Source of the DNA: Mobula hypostoma
Lineage: Eukaryota
Assembly: GCF_963921235.1 (NCBI RefSeq)
Contig: NC_086097.1
Location: 93,560,001 to 93,624,000 of the forward strand
DNA length: 64,000 bases
Direction: 5' to 3'
In this document: piece by piece, positions 62,501 through 64,000 of the stretch
Layout: every line of letters begins with the position of its first letter
Numbering within the stretch: the first letter of the stretch is position 1
Position numbers and translations under genes: made by a program
Notes under the pieces: model-generated
What the model was told of the DNA's origin: nothing
Seen by the model: the letters and a program-made list of their open reading frames with translations, nothing else
Databases searched by the model: none

Positions 62501-64000
62501 CAACACCAATGCCTGGGCGGAGGGCGCAGTGGTCCCAGGGGCTGGGGAGGATACGGAGGCAGTGCGTGAGGTGGCAGTGGAGGACAGTAGCAAGCCGATG
62601 ACTGGGAGTGCTCAAAGCCGAGAGTGCGTGAGGTCGGCAAGAAAGGTGCCTTCACGGAACACTGCCCTGTGCTGGTGAATGTCGCAGAGTCACAGAGCAG
62701 CAGCTCAGAAAGAGGCCCTTGGCCCATCCAGTTCCTGCCGAACAAGGTTCCCGTCTTAGCTAACCTCATTCGGCTGTTTGACCCATATCCCTCAAACTTT
62801 TCTATGCGTTTATCTGTCCAAGTGTCTTTTAAATGTTGTTAGTGTACCTCCCTCAGCCAATTCCTCTTACAGTTTGTTCATCTCCTTTCCTTCTCACCTT
62901 AAAGCCATGCTGTCTCTGGTTCTTGGTTCTCCAACCCTGAGGAAAAAGATAGTGTACATTCTTTCTTGATTCGTAAAAGCAGCAAAGGCTGCGGGAAGGC
63001 AGGGGAACAGGACTGAGAGGGGTTAGCAATTAGCAATAGTAGAATAGCAGAGCAGACTCAAGGGGCCGAATGGCCCAGTTATGCTCCTATGTCTTATGGT
63101 CTTATGGCCTCTCTGTTAAAGCTTCCATTTTCCCAAAGCATGTGGCAACCCAGACTCGTGACAGATGCTGACTGGCTCACTGTATTCCCTCAGGTCAGAA
63201 TCTGCTCAGCCTTGTCTGGGGTACTGCATTCAGCACTCCTTCTGTGCCTGCCTCCATGGGAACAGTTGCTCTGAAGGGCTGGATTGCAGAGCAGGGCAGG
63301 CAGCAAGCAGCAATTAGGCCTCAGATGGCAGATTCTCAGCTCCTGTTCCTTAACGCTGGAGAGCGCTTTAATCAAAAGGATCTGTAACTTTTTTGTAGGT
63401 AAGTCTTGAGTTGTGTAAAACAATTCAAATAGGATTTAATAATTAAAAAAAAAGTTTAAACTGCTGGAAATTAATTTTAAAGGAGAAGATAGAATAAACA
63501 AAAACAAACAATGCATTTACCTGGAGGTAGGTTTTGAATAGAGAATCCCCCCAATGCAGTGAGAGGGCTGTGTCAATGTCTCTAGACCCTGGTGAAGTGC
63601 TGTTGCCCTGGCAACAGACCTTACCCCTGCACTTCACGTGCCTGTTTCTAGACCGAGACCTGGATAAATGACTGTACCACTCGGCCCCATACATACTCTC
63701 TCTGTGTGGGCGATGACTTGACGTGCCATGTCCACATTCTTAACACCAATTTCATTGCTACGAATTTTCCACCTGACCTAATCTGCAAATATAAAAAAAT
63801 CAGAATCAGATTTATTATCACGGACTTATATGACATGGAGTTTGTCATTTCATGACAGCAGTACAGTGGAAATACATAAAACATCTATTGTAAAAATAAA
63901 AGTGTAATGCAAAAAAAAGATTAACGAGGGAATGTTCATACACACTTTCAGTCTGGAGGGCTGAAAAATCTTGGCTTCCTCCTGTTGTTTTTATATCAGG

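Noticed and set aside
63181..63274. Acceptor-like TGTATTCCCTCAG as the second MAPKBP1 coding exon
   Set aside because: Translation (VRICSALSG...) does not match the expected VTLEKVLG... sequence and hits a stop.

Overview
Repeat-dominated vertebrate genomic DNA. The repeat inventory (V-SINE/HE1-like SINEs, esterase-ORF1 CR1 LINEs, Rex1/Babar LINEs, abundant Penelope-like elements) points to a cartilaginous fish, probably a ray; this is inference. The only host gene I recognise is the first coding exon of a MAPKBP1-like WD40 gene (49817-49933, + strand) in a CpG island; the rest of the window downstream is apparently intron, and the next conserved exon (VTLEKVLG...) was not found. The remainder is mostly decayed mobile DNA: three Ty3/Gypsy elements (one with a PNMA-like gag), a solo LTR, two Tigger transposons, hAT MITEs, CR1, Rex1/Babar, RTE, I/Nimb-like and HERO-like (RLE) LINEs and several SINEs. 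Most notable: minimal type I hammerhead ribozyme motifs in Penelope-like termini from at least two families, a Gypsy>CR1>HERO triple nesting with an intact 4-bp TSD, a long direct duplication flanking a Gypsy element, a perfect double-hairpin patch at a deletion junction, and a candidate alternative start exon for MAPKBP1. I found no evidence of a novel multi-gene system; most entries in the ORF track are chance or antisense frames of repeats. All family assignments come from recognising motifs by eye, not from database searches, and many boundaries are approximate.
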